This document shows positions 37,301 through 49,519 of a stretch of DNA of 64,000 nucleotides, piece after piece (the first letter of the stretch is position 1; each line of letters begins with the position of its first letter). Position numbers and translations under genes: made by a program. The DNA is from Mobula hypostoma. Its lineage: Eukaryota. The notes under the pieces are model-generated. The model was not told the origin of the DNA. It searched no databases and saw only the letters and a list, made by a program, of their open reading frames with translations. The DNA lies in the NCBI RefSeq assembly GCF_963921235.1, contig NC_086097.1, positions 148,926,001 through 148,990,000 of the forward strand, read 5' to 3'.

Positions 37301-37779
37301 CTATAGGTGCACAGGAACAAACTACAACTGCCAATTTAGTAAGATTACTGTACATGGAGATGTGAAGGACCACTATAATCAGGGTAACACATTGAGGGAT
37401 CAAGCAAAACAAGAGAGCCAGAGGGAGAGGAGATAGTCCTCCCACAGCCAGGTGACTAAGTCATGGTGAGGGAGCTAGTTGAAAGGACAGGTTTCAGGTG
37501 GTGCTCCAGATGAATGACGCCTGTGTTGGTGTGCTGTCCTGGTGAGGCAGCCAATGGAAACACTGGATTCAGGTTAGACCGTATGACCCACCTCCTTGTC
37601 GCCCTCACAGACAGAGCAGGAGATCAAGTGTACCCGGTAACAGTGTCAATGAGAAAACCCTAGTGAAGAACAGCAGCCGGCTGCATCAGTTCTGACCGTA
37701 GCTGACGGAAGCAGACTCACAGCAAACGCGAAGGCAGAGGACACTGACAGAGTGAGACAGCAAACTGTGAATAGTATGT

Positions 37780-38975
37780 TAAAATCTAATGGTAATGGTA
37801 CTCTGTAATGAAGGCTGGTTGCTGAAGTCAGATGATTAGTTGTATAGATCAGAAATAGAAACAATATTGGGGAAAATAGATGGGAAGGGATCTGAGTTAC
37901 AGCAGAGACATCAGGGTTGCACAACTTTGGTGGCATGATGGGCCGAGAAAGAGAAGCAATTGCATCTGAAGGCCATCACCCCAGCCTCAATGGGGAGTGA
38001 ATTCAAATTAACTGGTCCTTTAGCGGTTGGGCCAGCAATCGACCGCACAGTCTGTTATGGGGTGCCACCTGGAAGAAGTCCTTGCAGTCATTCAAATAGA
38101 CACCACCACAACCCCTCCTGTGCATCGGTGAGAGGGACTCTGAGCCTGATAATTTACCCTGATGGTGACCCTGGAAAGAGAGTAACCTCTAGTAGCCACT
38201 GCAGAGTTCTAGCTAACAGAGAATGAAGAGGTGAAGATAAAGAACGTGAGCAAACTGCAATCGGCCGCTGGGGAAGAAGGCAACAGGCATACGAATGATG
38301 AAGCTGTATTTTAAAGACTGTTAGTCAAATTCCTGGAACAAACTCTGCTTAGAGTCTTGTAGGAAGGCATTACACACAGCCCAGATAAAGCAAGATGTCA
38401 TGGCACTTTTAGGGATCAAGCAAAGATTTCATATACCCTACAGACCCCAGTCTAAAGGATTTGTGGAGAGATGAATCGAACACTAAAAAATATGATTGCA
38501 AAAATAATTCAACAACATGGAACAACATGGCAGGTAGTTTTCCCTCATGCTCCAATGATAATAAGGAATACAGTAGCACCTTCAACAGGTTACACCCTTA
38601 TAAACTCATGACCAGAAGGAACATGAGAAGATTGGGGGAGTTGTAGGGATTTGATTTGTCAGAACCCAAAATCGATGGGGTTGTGTCAACAAAGTGGGTG
38701 CAACAATTAATAGAGACAGTGAAAGAGGTCAATTATGTGGCAGCTCACCAAATAGGAAAGAAGAAGCAACAAAGTAAAGCCTACTTTGACTCCAAAGTCA
38801 GTCCCATAGAATTAAACCCAGGACAAAGAGTGATGATTAGAACACCTCGTTTTAAATCCAAAGTCTGCAGGGCCCTATGAAATTATAGACAAAGCAGGTC
38901 CTTCAGTGTATAAAGTACTGACTTCTCCAGTTTAAAGTGGTTGGTACCATATCAACCAGCTAAAATTGGTGTGGG
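37780..38975 (+). pseudogene. pol: ERV integrase remnant with GPY/F module
   Basis: IQIN-TGPL near 38000; LLGIKQRFHIPYRPQSKGFVE-MNRTLKNMI (38408-38500); STGYTPYKLM; KAYFD; GPYEIIDKAGPSVYKV; WYHINQLK. Confidence 0.88.
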
Positions 38976-39989
38976 AGAAACAGGAATGCTGTCACCATCG
39001 GTACATAACAATTGATGTACAGGATAGCGTAGCCCTGATTTGGGAGACTTGAGAATGGAACAACTGGTCCAAAAAAATGGCGACAGGTCCTATCAAGGGG
39101 GTGATTTTTAGTTCCCTCATTCTGAGAACCAGGGGAATTTTGTCAAAAAAATCAGAGGAAAAGGAAAATATACCAGTGCTTGTCTCTCCTCTCCCGAACA
39201 AAATTAGGTGAGGGAAAGCGGATGCCTTGAGTCTGAAGACAATTGGAAGTCCAGATTGGATGGTCTAGAAAAACAAATGGAAAATATAGACTTAAAATAA
39301 GTTAAGAGTTAAACTGGAAATAAGAGCAGCAATTACTCTTATGTGTAACAGGTTTAATAGAACGGAATTAACCATGACTGGTGCCATGGTCCATCTTGCT
39401 CCAGAGACATTACAGTGGACAAATATGTCAACAGTGAAGTTATTGCTTGGAGAACACTCAGTGAATAAAAACAAATCTCAACAGACATGGGTCATGTGGA
39501 CTAACAAAGGAGAAAAGAGAACTCAAATTTGTATTACACTGGGATAGATGGCTTGACATGCGTAAACAAACCCTAGGTATTCCAGAAGGTACAAAGGTAT
39601 AGTTCCTATGCAATAAAATTCTAGAGGTGACATTATTCAGTATTCCAGAGGGGATAATCATAAGCCAATATTTAGGTCCAATTACTGAGCAGCCTTTAGG
39701 TAATTATGGCCATGTTAAGATTACAGTTCTGTGGGATCACACTCAGGAATATTGAATGGGGCAGTGATCTACGTAAGAGGTATATTGACTGGGATGGCCA
39801 CCACAAGCGTTTATCGAAGGTTGCTTCCATCAATATAAGCTGTCCACAGGAGAATACAGTACATGGGGAGAGTAGAATGGGGAAGGGACTAAATGACATG
39901 GAGAAGAGTTTTTGTCAGGGCCCAGACCCTTCCCAGGTTTTCAAAACTTTTAGAAAAATCACTATCCCACACCATCAAGTGATGGAAAC

Positions 39990-41095
39990 TACACCAGAGC
40001 CTAAGTGTAGTGACACCCTGTGTAATATATACAGGGTAGGATTAGTGTTAGAAGATACAGGAGGATTTGTCACTTTGCACCAGGGTACCAGCATGTTCAG
40101 GTAAATTTTAATCTACCTGAAGTAACAGTCCCTGAATGGTGCTCACCTACATCAAAACAGTTGTTTACTAACCTTCTTGGGAGATAATTAAACAGGAGTG
40201 AGTTTAAGCCAGTCAAAAATAGAAGGAAAAGGCTATTGGAATTAATGGGAGCAGGTTATGCATCAGGGGTATTAACGGTCAACACACTAGATATAGTAGA
40301 ATCAGAAAACCAGATACAGTCCCTCCAGCAGAAAATATGGGATATTACTGGAGAAAATCATCAAAATTAGGTACAGACCAATCCAATTGTCGAGATGCAT
40401 CCCCAGTAACTGGAAGCAGTTAAATTTCTGAAGCCCCTCCAAGATACAACAAATCTGATTATTGACCACATAGAGCATATATCTAAGGAAATGCATAAAT
40501 CTGAGATCTGTGCTACATATGTTAGTTGGTTGCTTGCCACGATTGGCACTAATTTATTAAAACTTGATGCACAAATTGGGTAAACAGATGAGCAGCTAAA
40601 AGAATGGGTTGGAGAAAGGGCATCATTGTGTCATATCAGAAGCCTTACAATAACCAACAGAGTACTGGGTACCTGTGATGATGGTAAAGGAAGGTTTTAT
40701 GTCGGTGGAGTATTCCAAATTCCCCGACGTGGAAATAATTCAACCTACCTTTGAAAAGGGTTCACAATGTTGATAAAACCATGAGAACACATTGATATCC
40801 TTAAGTAACCCACCAACGCATGCTGTTGTTTTGAGTGGTACTGGGAAAGGGATAGATTTATCAAGATGCCATCAAGGGGGAGGCAGCTGGTCTTGTCCGG
40901 AAAAAATGGCAAAGCAGAAGCTTACAAACTGTGGTTTCAGTACTTAAGAAAATTTTTCATTGTCTATTTTGCCTGTGAATAATCAGTCCTTCTTATAATA
41001 TGCATATTATTATGTGATATATAGCAACAGTGGCCACAAATTATACCAAGGGATGGAAACAACACCCTTTGGAAAGTCACAATGTTGCCATAGGG
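39990..41095 (+). pseudogene. env: ERV env remnant, class I fusion glycoprotein with F-protein-like layout
   Basis: GLVLEDTGGFV-APGYQHVQVNFNLP; furin site RRKR at 40221-40232; fusion-peptide-like LLELMGAGYASGVLTV; heptad region; late Cys cluster GIDLSRCHQGGGSWSCPEK...NCGF; several stops; no TM anchor visible. Confidence 0.75.
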
Positions 41096-41098
41096 AAT

Positions 41099-41318
41099 GT
41101 TTCAATCGTTTCAATCATTTCAATAGGTACATTTAATATCAGAGAAATGCATACAATATACATCCTGAAATTCTTTTTCTTTGCAAACATCCACAAAAGC
41201 AGAGGAGCGCCCAAAGAATGAATGACAGTTAGATGTTATAACCCCAAAGCCCCCCAACTCCTCCTCCCACATATAAGCAGCACTAAAGCAACGGCCCTCC
41301 CCCTTTCCCACTGGCAAA
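41099..41318 (-). mobile_element. Truncated SINE-like/LINE-tail insert in env
   Basis: Same family as 47532-47740 (ggtacatttaa..tcagagaaatg..tacaatatacatcctgaaat). Confidence 0.8.
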
Positions 41319-41404
41319 AAATTATTACAAGGTGTGATTCTTGTAACAGGGATGATAGGGTAGATGTAGATGTACATAGAGTAATTGAGGATTTATTTTT
41401 GTCT

Positions 41405-41425
41405 AGGGGGGCCAAGAGGAGGGAC
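41405..41425 (+). promoter_or_regulatory. Polypurine tract
   Basis: aggggggccaagaggagggac immediately before the TG of the 3' LTR. Confidence 0.75.
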
Positions 41426-42327
41426 TGTTAAAACATATTCTGGACTTAGGATATATTGGAAAAAGGTCCACTTATTATCAAAGTATACAACTCTGAAACT
41501 CTTCTTCTCCAGATAGCCATGATACCAAGAAAAAAGAAAGGCAAAATGATCATCAGCCCCCAAATCCCTCCACCCCACACAAAAAAAAACACAAAAATGC
41601 AGCAGGTACATCGACCACCAAATCATCCTCCCCTGCACACAAGAAAAAATGAGAAAGGTTTGGTAAAAAACACAGAATACAAAAAAAATCATGACTGAAA
41701 GTCCACAGTCCAAGTTCACATCCAAAACACAGAAAAACCTGACAACATTCTCCCTCTCTGTAACAGAGCGATCTCACCAGCAATAAAAAAGCAGTCTCCC
41801 CTCCACGCAGAGTGATCCTCCAGTAATAAAAAGGCAGTCTCCCCTCTCCATGCAGAGTGATTCCCCAGCGAGATAAAGGCAGTCTCCCCTCTCTGTATCA
41901 GAGTGACTTCATCAGTAATAAAAAGGCAGTCTCCCCTCTCCATGCTTATTAACTTTAGCAATTAACTTCAGCAACAAATCTTTAGACCTGAATGTAGATT
42001 TTAGATTTACCTTAAAATGTAGAGTTGGACAATAGGTTCCTAGAGCTGTGGACAGCAGGTAATTGAAAAACCAGACAATGCTGATTCACATTCATTTGGG
42101 GTATCTGGAATACGGATGCAAAGGAGTTGTGAAAGTTATATGATTTCAAAGGAAGCAATGTCGATACATTGTAAATATAGAATTGTTCTTCAAGCTTTAG
42201 CATATAAAATGCCATATAATATTGCGTCGAACAGGCCTCTTCCTTGAAAGAGTGTCTCATTTTGTCGAATAAAAGATTATATCTACTAAAGCTGCACCTC
42301 TCTGGTGACTTTGTTCACATTACAACA
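41426..42327 (+). repeat. 3' LTR, interrupted by a about 480-bp insert (41466-41945)
   Basis: TGTTA...TTACAACA; TATAAA at 42203-42208 and AATAAA at 42268-42273. Confidence 0.9.
41750..41943. repeat. About 42-bp minisatellite (4-5 units) inside the insert in the 3' LTR
   Basis: Repeated cagagtgat..ccagtaataaaaaggcagtctcccctctc. Confidence 0.85.
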
Positions 42328-44138
42328 GTAGGGGTCTTTGATGATGGATGCAGCTTTTCTGTGATGGCAATCTGGGCAGGTGTGCTCAACGGTGGGGTGG
42401 GCTTTACCTGCAATGGACTGGGGCATAGCCACTACCTTTTGTAGCATTTTCCATTCAAAGGAATTGGTTTTTCCGTACAGTCAATATACTGTCCAGCACA
42501 CATCCATAGAAGTTTGTCAAAGTTTTATATGTCATGCCAAATATTTGCAAAACTCCAAAGGAAGTAAAGGCACTGCTGTGCTTTCTTTAATTTCACTTAA
42601 ATTCTGGGCCCAGGACAGATCCTCTGAAATGAATACACCGAGGTACTTAAAGTTACTGACCGTCTCCACCTCTGATTCCCCGATGAGGACTAACTCATGG
42701 ACCTCCGGTTTCCTCCTCCTGAATTCAATAATCATCTCCTTGGTCTTGCTGCCATTGAGTGAGAAATTGTTGTTGTGGCACCACTAGGCCAGATTTTCAA
42801 TCTCCCTCCAATATGCTGATTCATCACCACCTTCGCTTCGACCAACAACAGTGATGTCGAAAACTTAAATGTTGGAGCTGTGGTTAGCCTCATAGTCATT
42901 TAAATAAAATGAGTAGAGCAGGGAATTAAGCAAACAGCCTTGTGGTGCACCGGTGCTAATGGAGATTGTGGAGGAGACGTTGCCAACCTGAACTGACTGA
43001 ATCTGCAGGTGAGGAAACTGAGGATCCGCTTGCACATGGGGGTATTGAGGCCAAGCTCTTGGAGTTTATTGATCTGTTTCGAGGGGATGATATTGCTGAA
43101 TGCCGAGCTGTTGTTGATAAAGAGCATCCTGATGTCTGCATCCTTTCTGTTGTGATGTTCTAGGGTTGAGTGAAGAGCCAATGAAATGGCATTTACTGTT
43201 GACCTATTGTGCCGGTAGGCAAAATGGAGTGGATCCAAGTTGTTTCTCAGGCAGGATTTGATATGTTTCATCACCAACCTCTCAAAACACTTCATCACAG
43301 TGGATGTACATGCTACCAGATGACAGTCATTGAGGCAGGTCACCATGTTCTTCTAAGGCACCGGTATAATTGAAAGCTGCTTGAAGCAGGTGGGTACCTC
43401 AGACTGCCAGGCAAGAGGTTAAAGATATCAGTGAACATGCCGGCCAGTTAATCAACATGGGTCTTCAGTACTCTCTGAAGGTACCCTCTCTGGTCTGGAT
43501 GCTTTCTGTGGCTTCACCCTCCTGAAGTATGTTCTCACGTTGGCTCATCAGGGGCTGTGGGATTTTGTGAAGGTTCCTCCATGTTTTGAAGTTCAAAGTG
43601 ACCATATAAGGCATTGAGTTCACCTGGGAGCGAAGCTTTGTTGTCATCTACAGTATGTCACTTGGTTTCACTTTGTAGGAGGTAAAGTTTTGCCAAAGAT
43701 GTCGAACATCCCCAAGTGACTCAAGTTTGGTCCAGAATTGCCACTTTTCACATGCAATGGCTTTCCAAAGATCGTACCTGGACTTCTTGTATCTTACTTA
43801 GATGCTAGACCTGAATGCCACTGATCTGGCCCTCAGCAGATTACAGATATCAGGTTCATTCAGGACTCTCCTTGGGGAAGATTTCGTGGGGGACACACTC
43901 ACCCACAACTGCTTTATAAACTCCGTAATGACCATGGTGTATTCATTCAGATTCTCTGAGTACAGCCCAGTCCATCAACTTGATGCAATCCTGTAGCTGA
44001 TCCTCTGCCTTCCCCAATGACCTCTTTGTTGTCTTTATGTCTGGAGCTTTGCTCTTTACCCTCTGCCTGTATGCAGGTAGGAGGAGGACAACTAAGTTGT
44101 CAGATTTCCCAAAATATGGTCCAGGCATGGAACAGTAG

Positions 44139-45637
44139 TGGTCCAGGGCATGACTCTAAACTGCAACCGGTGTTGAGACTCTGACTGGGGACTTTCAGAG
44201 CTTTGAGGAAAGTGGAGTTACCCCTTAGTCATTCATTGCTCCCAGGGCCGCTCTGACCTGGAACGGTAGCACCTGCAAGGGTTCCTGCTCAGGATACGAG
44301 CAAAGGCCAACGGCAGATCCGGCAGGTTCAGTAACTGAACTTATGACAGAGAAGGCGGATGAGCTATGACCTCAAATGACAACGGCTATAGAATAGGCGG
44401 ATGAAGATTTGGGAAGAGAAATGGCGATTTCTTCAGTTCGCCTAACGGAAGGCAATAGCAAACCATTGTTGCTAGAAACTAGGAAGGGGCTGTCCAATTT
44501 GGCTAGGATACTATCAGAATAAGCTATTCAAGTGCAAAAAGATTTGTTTATTTGTTTTATCGACTACACAAAAGCATTTGATAAAGTGAAGCACAATAAG
44601 TTATTCAAAATATTACAGGAAACTCTAGATCTAGATTCGAAAGACCTCTGCCTAATCAGAAATCTGTACTAGGAACAAACTGCTGCTGTAAGAATAGATA
44701 GAGAAGTGAGTCAGTTTATGAAAATCAAGAGAAGCGTTAGACAAGGGTATGTTTTCTCTCCTGATTTGTTTAATGTGGACAGTGAAACAATATTACAAAA
44801 AATAAGAGACATCTTGGGAATCAAAGTTGGCGGTGAAAACATCAATAATTTCAGATACGCGGATGACACTGTGTTAATTGCAAGTACGGAGGAAGAACTA
44901 CAAAACGTAATTGATATAGTTGTTGAAGAAAGTGCAAAAATGGGTCTATCTATCAATTGCAAAAAGACAGAATGTATGGTGATATCCAAAAAGAAGGAGA
45001 ATCCTATCTGCAGGCTGAAAATAAACGGGGAAGACATAAAACGAGTACAGAACTTTTGCTACTTAGGAAGCTGGGTGACATCAGATGGCAGGTGCGACAT
45101 GGACATCAAAAGAAGAATAGGGATGGCAAAAGACACCTTTATGAGAATGAAGAGTATACTGACCAACTCTAAATTAGGCATGACAACCAGCCTCAGAGTA
45201 TTGAAATGTTATGTTTATTCAGTTATGTTATATGGCTCAGAATGTCGGACAATATCTAGTAACATGAGGAAACGAATTGTAGCAGCAGAGATGTGGTTTT
45301 TGAGGAGGATGCAAAGAATATCATGGATGAAACGAATATCTAATGAGAATGTCATGAACAGAACAAGCACAAAAAGAGAAATAATGTATGAGATCATGAA
45401 AAGGCAACGTAACTTCATTGGACATGTGATTAGGAAAGAGGAGTTAGAATGCACAGTAATTATGGAAAAGATTGAAGGGAAGAAAGCAAAAGGAAGGCAA
45501 AGACAAATGATGATGGAGACAGCAGCCAGAGAACTGGAAATGAATACCAATGAATTGATCCACTTGACCCGAAACAGGAGTGTGTGGGCCATGGCAGTTA
45601 AATCTCAAACTGGGCATGGTACCTGATGATGATGACG
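44139..45637 (+). mobile_element. RTE-clade LINE, internally deleted, inserted in the Rex1 element
   Basis: TSD atggaacagtag (44127-44138 and 45638-45649); (gat)n tail; FIDYTKAFDKV and ORF 44706..45626 with VRQG, YADD, FCYLGS, LYGSE. Confidence 0.9.
44706..45626 (+). CDS. RTE reverse transcriptase C-terminal half (306 aa fragment)
   Basis: SVRQGYVFSPDLFN, NNFRYADDTVL, MWFLRRMQRISW. Confidence 0.8.
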   Translation: MSQFMKIKRSVRQGYVFSPDLFNVDSETILQKIRDILGIKVGGENINNFRYADDTVLIASTEEELQNVIDIVVEESAKMGLSINCKKTECMVISKKKENPICRLKINGEDIKRVQNFCYLGSWVTSDGRCDMDIKRRIGMAKDTFMRMKSILTNSKLGMTTSLRVLKCYVYSVMLYGSECRTISSNMRKRIVAAEMWFLRRMQRISWMKRISNENVMNRTSTKREIMYEIMKRQRNFIGHVIRKEELECTVIMEKIEGKKAKGRQRQMMMETAARELEMNTNELIHLTRNRSVWAMAVKSQTGHGT

Positions 45638-45880
45638 ATGGAACAGTAGACATCACTAATTGTAGTATAGCAGTGATTGAGTGCGTTTTGTGCCCTGGTG
45701 CTGCAGGTTATATGCTGATGATAATTGGGCAGAGATTTCTTCAAACAATCCTGACTGAAGTCCCTAACGATGATTTGAAATACATTGGGGTGGGCTGTTT
45801 CTTGTCTGATGATGACAGCATTCAAGACCTCGAGTGCCAGGTTAACTTTGGCTTTTGTTGGTATGTAAACTGTGGTCAGG

Positions 45881-46167
45881 ATCAGTGACAATAATCACTG
45901 CTATTCGAACACACATACACACAACTGGTGCTACTTAAATACTGTTCACTCTAAGCAAGTGGTAATACCTAACCGCCACAAAAGTGCATGCAACAGATTC
46001 TAGTTAGAAACTTCGGCAACAGTCTTCTGTCCTCATTAATCAACATGGTGTCCCAAATAAATGGAGGGAACCCTGGCTATTTTCTCCATTAGGTTTTATT
46101 TTTTTAGAGTTGTCCCAAATAAGTGGCTGTCTCAGTTAGCTGATGGCCTATTAAACTAAATTCACTA
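45881..46167. mobile_element. Tigger/pogo-like MITE, right half
   Basis: Right TIR plus TA; atca at both junctions (ccaactatca | atcagtgac). Confidence 0.6.
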
Positions 46168-47531
46168 TATTTAGAAAATGAAGGAATAGTGATATGTTTC
46201 CAAGTCATGAAGAAACAAACCTGTAGATGGCACTGTTTCCAGGTGCCCTTTGCAGATTTCAAAGATACAAATAAAGGAAAATTGCGAAAGTGCATTTTCT
46301 AAAAGGTACACACAGTCACGCTGGTGTACATGTGGCTTAAGGAGTGACTGAGAGCCAATCACGTGGTCTCCCTTTGTATTGAGCCTTTGGCATATTATTG
46401 AAGCTGTTCCATCTAAGCAAGTGGAGAGAATTTCATTCTGTTCCTGACTTATACCCTGTCGATGATGGAAAAGGTTTGGCAATCAGGAGGTGAGTTATTC
46501 ACTACAGATTATCTAGTTTTTGACTACTGTTGTAGGCCATAGTATTCTGAAGCATTATGACTTTGATGAATGCCCTTTCTAATATAGGTGTAAAAATACA
46601 GATGGGAAGAAACAATAGGATGAGGAGAAGACAAACAGGCTAAGTAAGAGAAGGCTCTCACTTCAGTATTACCTGCGCTTGGACAGAATGGTTAAGTTGC
46701 CAGAGGTTTAATTGTGAGAGAAGCAAATTGATGTCAATTGAAAGGACTTGGAATTGAGGGAATAATTAAAAGAAGGAGTTTCAGATTACTGAAGGGAAGG
46801 AAGAGTTGTAGGAATGGAGGAAAATAATTGGAATGAACAAACCAAGATATTGTAAAGACTCAGACATCACTTGGGATGCAAAGTGATCAGACGAACTTGT
46901 TCTTGCATACTTTTGATACCAAGTTCCACTTGTAAATGTTGGTTGCTACTTTTCCAGTAGGCCTTTGTCAATCTTCAAAAGCAAGAAAAATGAAAAAGTT
47001 GGTGGGGTGTGGGGGAATAGAGGAGGGCAAAGAGAAACTAAAGTAAAAGTTAAGGAGACAAAAGACAAGAGACAAGAAAAACAGAGGGAAAATTGCACTG
47101 ACCAAAGAGACAAAACAAATATATTTTTAAAATCCTAGTTTAATTAAAAAGCCCCCTGCATTAGCAGACACAGCCAAGTGCCAGAATCAGGAGTAACAAT
47201 ATGCTGGAGGAACTCAGCAGGCTAGGTAACATTTGTGGAAAGAAATAGACAGCTGCTGTTTCAGGGCAAGACATCTCATCTGGATGCCTGAAAGGTCAAC
47301 AGTGTGTTTTCCCTTCACAGATGCTGCCTGGCCCGATGAGTCCTTCCAGTGTCTTGTTTATATTATAGGTCCATTGCAACCTTCGCATAATGAATTTATC
47401 TTGAAAGATAATCTCTATTTAGACCACTAATTGTTTTCCTGCATGTAGATTATTTCTTTTAACCAGTGTCAGCTTTGACTTTGTGATAATCCTCTGTCTC
47501 TATTTTCTTCTTCAGTGTTTCCTCATTGGTA

Positions 47532-48285
47532 TTTTCAAAGGTTTCAAAGGTACATTTAACGTCAGAGAAATGATTACAATATACATCCTGAAATATTTTT
47601 TCTTTGCAACCATCCACAAAAACAGAGGAGTGCCCTAAAGAATGAATGAGAGTTAAATGTTAGAACCCCAAAGGTGCCCCCCAAGCTTCCCCCTCATGCG
47701 TAAGCAGCAGCAAAGATCCCCCTCCCCCACCAGCAAAAAAAACATCGCCACCACCCACTGAGCACTCAAGCACTCGTTCACCCGGTAATTTGACATATCA
47801 CAGACTTTCTCTCTCCTTAATAAGTGAAAAAGAGGCGTCTCCGTTTCACGGTGAGAGGGGAGACATAACAAACAGCTCGCTGATTTACGATGTTGAGAGT
47901 CCATTGTGTCGCTTTTTCTGAACTTGGGTCTCTGGGCACACAGCCAGCAGCCAGCTTGCTGCTTTTGATCTTCCATCTCCCATGACGTACCGATTTCCTG
48001 CAGAGCCACCGACCATGAGTCTGCCCGCCTTCAGAGCCCCAAAATCCCGGAACTCCAAAGGCGAGCTAATCTTCTAGGCCGAGTCCTTGGTATCTCGAAT
48101 AACAGCCAGTCATGAGACCCTGAGAGCGAGTCCTATTCCAGTAAAGAACTGAAGTCAGCATGTAACTCCAGGTCAGGGTCTTCAAAAGAACCCTGAAAGG
48201 GAGAGATAGAGATATTAAAGGTAGAAATAGAGCTGTCTCTGAAGATGCGAGCAAAGGAATCGCCGTTAGGCACCATCATCTCCTA
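47532..48285 (-). mobile_element. Apparently full-length non-autonomous SINE-like element
   Basis: (tttcaaagg)n tail; gatggtgcc start on -; gtattt on both flanks; second copy at 41099. Confidence 0.65.
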
Positions 48286-49519
48286 AGTATTTGTCTCTTT
48301 TTTGACTATAAAATAAAATAGGATTTCCTTTTCATCAAGAGTTAATCTGACTGCAATGTGTAGAAACATTATCATTGATTTTAGGATTGATTAAAAAATA
48401 GATTTCACAAGCAATGCTTTGGTTAGGCCAACAGAATAACACAGCTGATGGAACTGCTGCCTCACCGCACCAACTACCCAGTTGACCTCTGTGCTCATAC
48501 ATTCTCCTTTTGAGCGCGTGAGCTCACCACGTATGCCACTATTTTCTTCAATATCCCAAAGAGATAAAGCATGAGAGTAAGAGGTTAATCAATCCCTATA
48601 TTCTGCTGCGAGGTGAGTGGTAGAATCTGAAGGAGTTGATGTGAATGCAAGGAGAATAAAAATAGGATTAATGTAAATGGGTGCTTGATTATCAGATTGG
48701 ATTTACTCAGCCAAAATGCCTGTTTCCATGTGATTTGCCAGGATATTGCTGTATTGCAGTGTATTAGTTATAAGGACAGATTGGACAAATTTCGATAGTT
48801 TTCTCCAGTGATGTTGGTTGGCAGTGGGGGGGGGGGGGGGAGTCGATCTGCTAGGAGTTTATAAACTTATGACAATAACAGTCAGTCATTTTCCTAGGTG
48901 GATATGTCAAATACTCACGGTTTAAGGTGAGAGGAGAAAAGTTTAAAGAAGATTTGCAAGGCAAGTTTTTCTTAACATAATGGTAGCTGTCTGGTTTGCA
49001 TTGCTAGGTGAGGTGGTATAAGGCATTTTGACAGACACATGAAGAGATAGGGAATAGAGGAGGATACATATCATGTGCAATCAGATAGGATTAGTTAGTC
49101 AGCACAGACATGTTGGATTGAATGACCTGCTCCTATGCTGTAAGTTCAATGTTCTATTCATTGCTGTCAATGTAGCGTTAGCCATCTTGATTTTTCCACT
49201 GTCCTCACTCACTCTCATCTGCTCCCTTCTCCATTCGCTAAGCACCAACCTTGATAATGTCATCAAACCTGCCAACAAGTGTTTCAGCTGGGGTCAGACA
49301 AACAGACCTCTGTCTCGCGGAGGCCAAAAATCATCTCTCAGACTGCTCTAAGGTGCAAAGCTTTCCTGGTGCGAGCTTTGCCAAAGACAAGTATGCAGGG
49401 GCCGTAGGCAGTTACAAGAACTAACATTATGTCGTTCTCTATTACTAGCGGATTTGACTACAGAAGCATTTTGGATGGGCTTCAGCTACATGGGGCATTG
49501 ATGAAACTAGAGTCCTCTG

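Larger units (their letters stand above)
31489..42327 (+). mobile_element. Endogenous retrovirus-like provirus, defective (lokiretrovirus-like candidate)
   Basis: Paired LTRs, 5-bp TSD GTAGG (31484-31488 and 42328-42332), PBS, PPT, gag-pro-RNaseH-IN-env remnants in order. Confidence 0.92.
42333..45885 (-). mobile_element. Rex1/Babar LINE body (endonuclease end plus RT), decayed
   Basis: CLNDCHLVACTSTVMKCFERLV...LDPLHFAYRHNRST (42900..43346); FGKSDNLVVLLLPAYRQ; LTTVYIPT (45598..45891). Confidence 0.85.

Noticed and set aside
41750..41943. Regular repeats superficially like a CRISPR array
   Set aside because: No unique spacers, no cas genes, eukaryotic context; it is a minisatellite
44139..44480. 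Possible HDV-like ribozyme at the RTE 5' end
   Set aside because: Known in some RTEs, but I could not assign a convincing nested double pseudoknot by eye; needs a descriptor search
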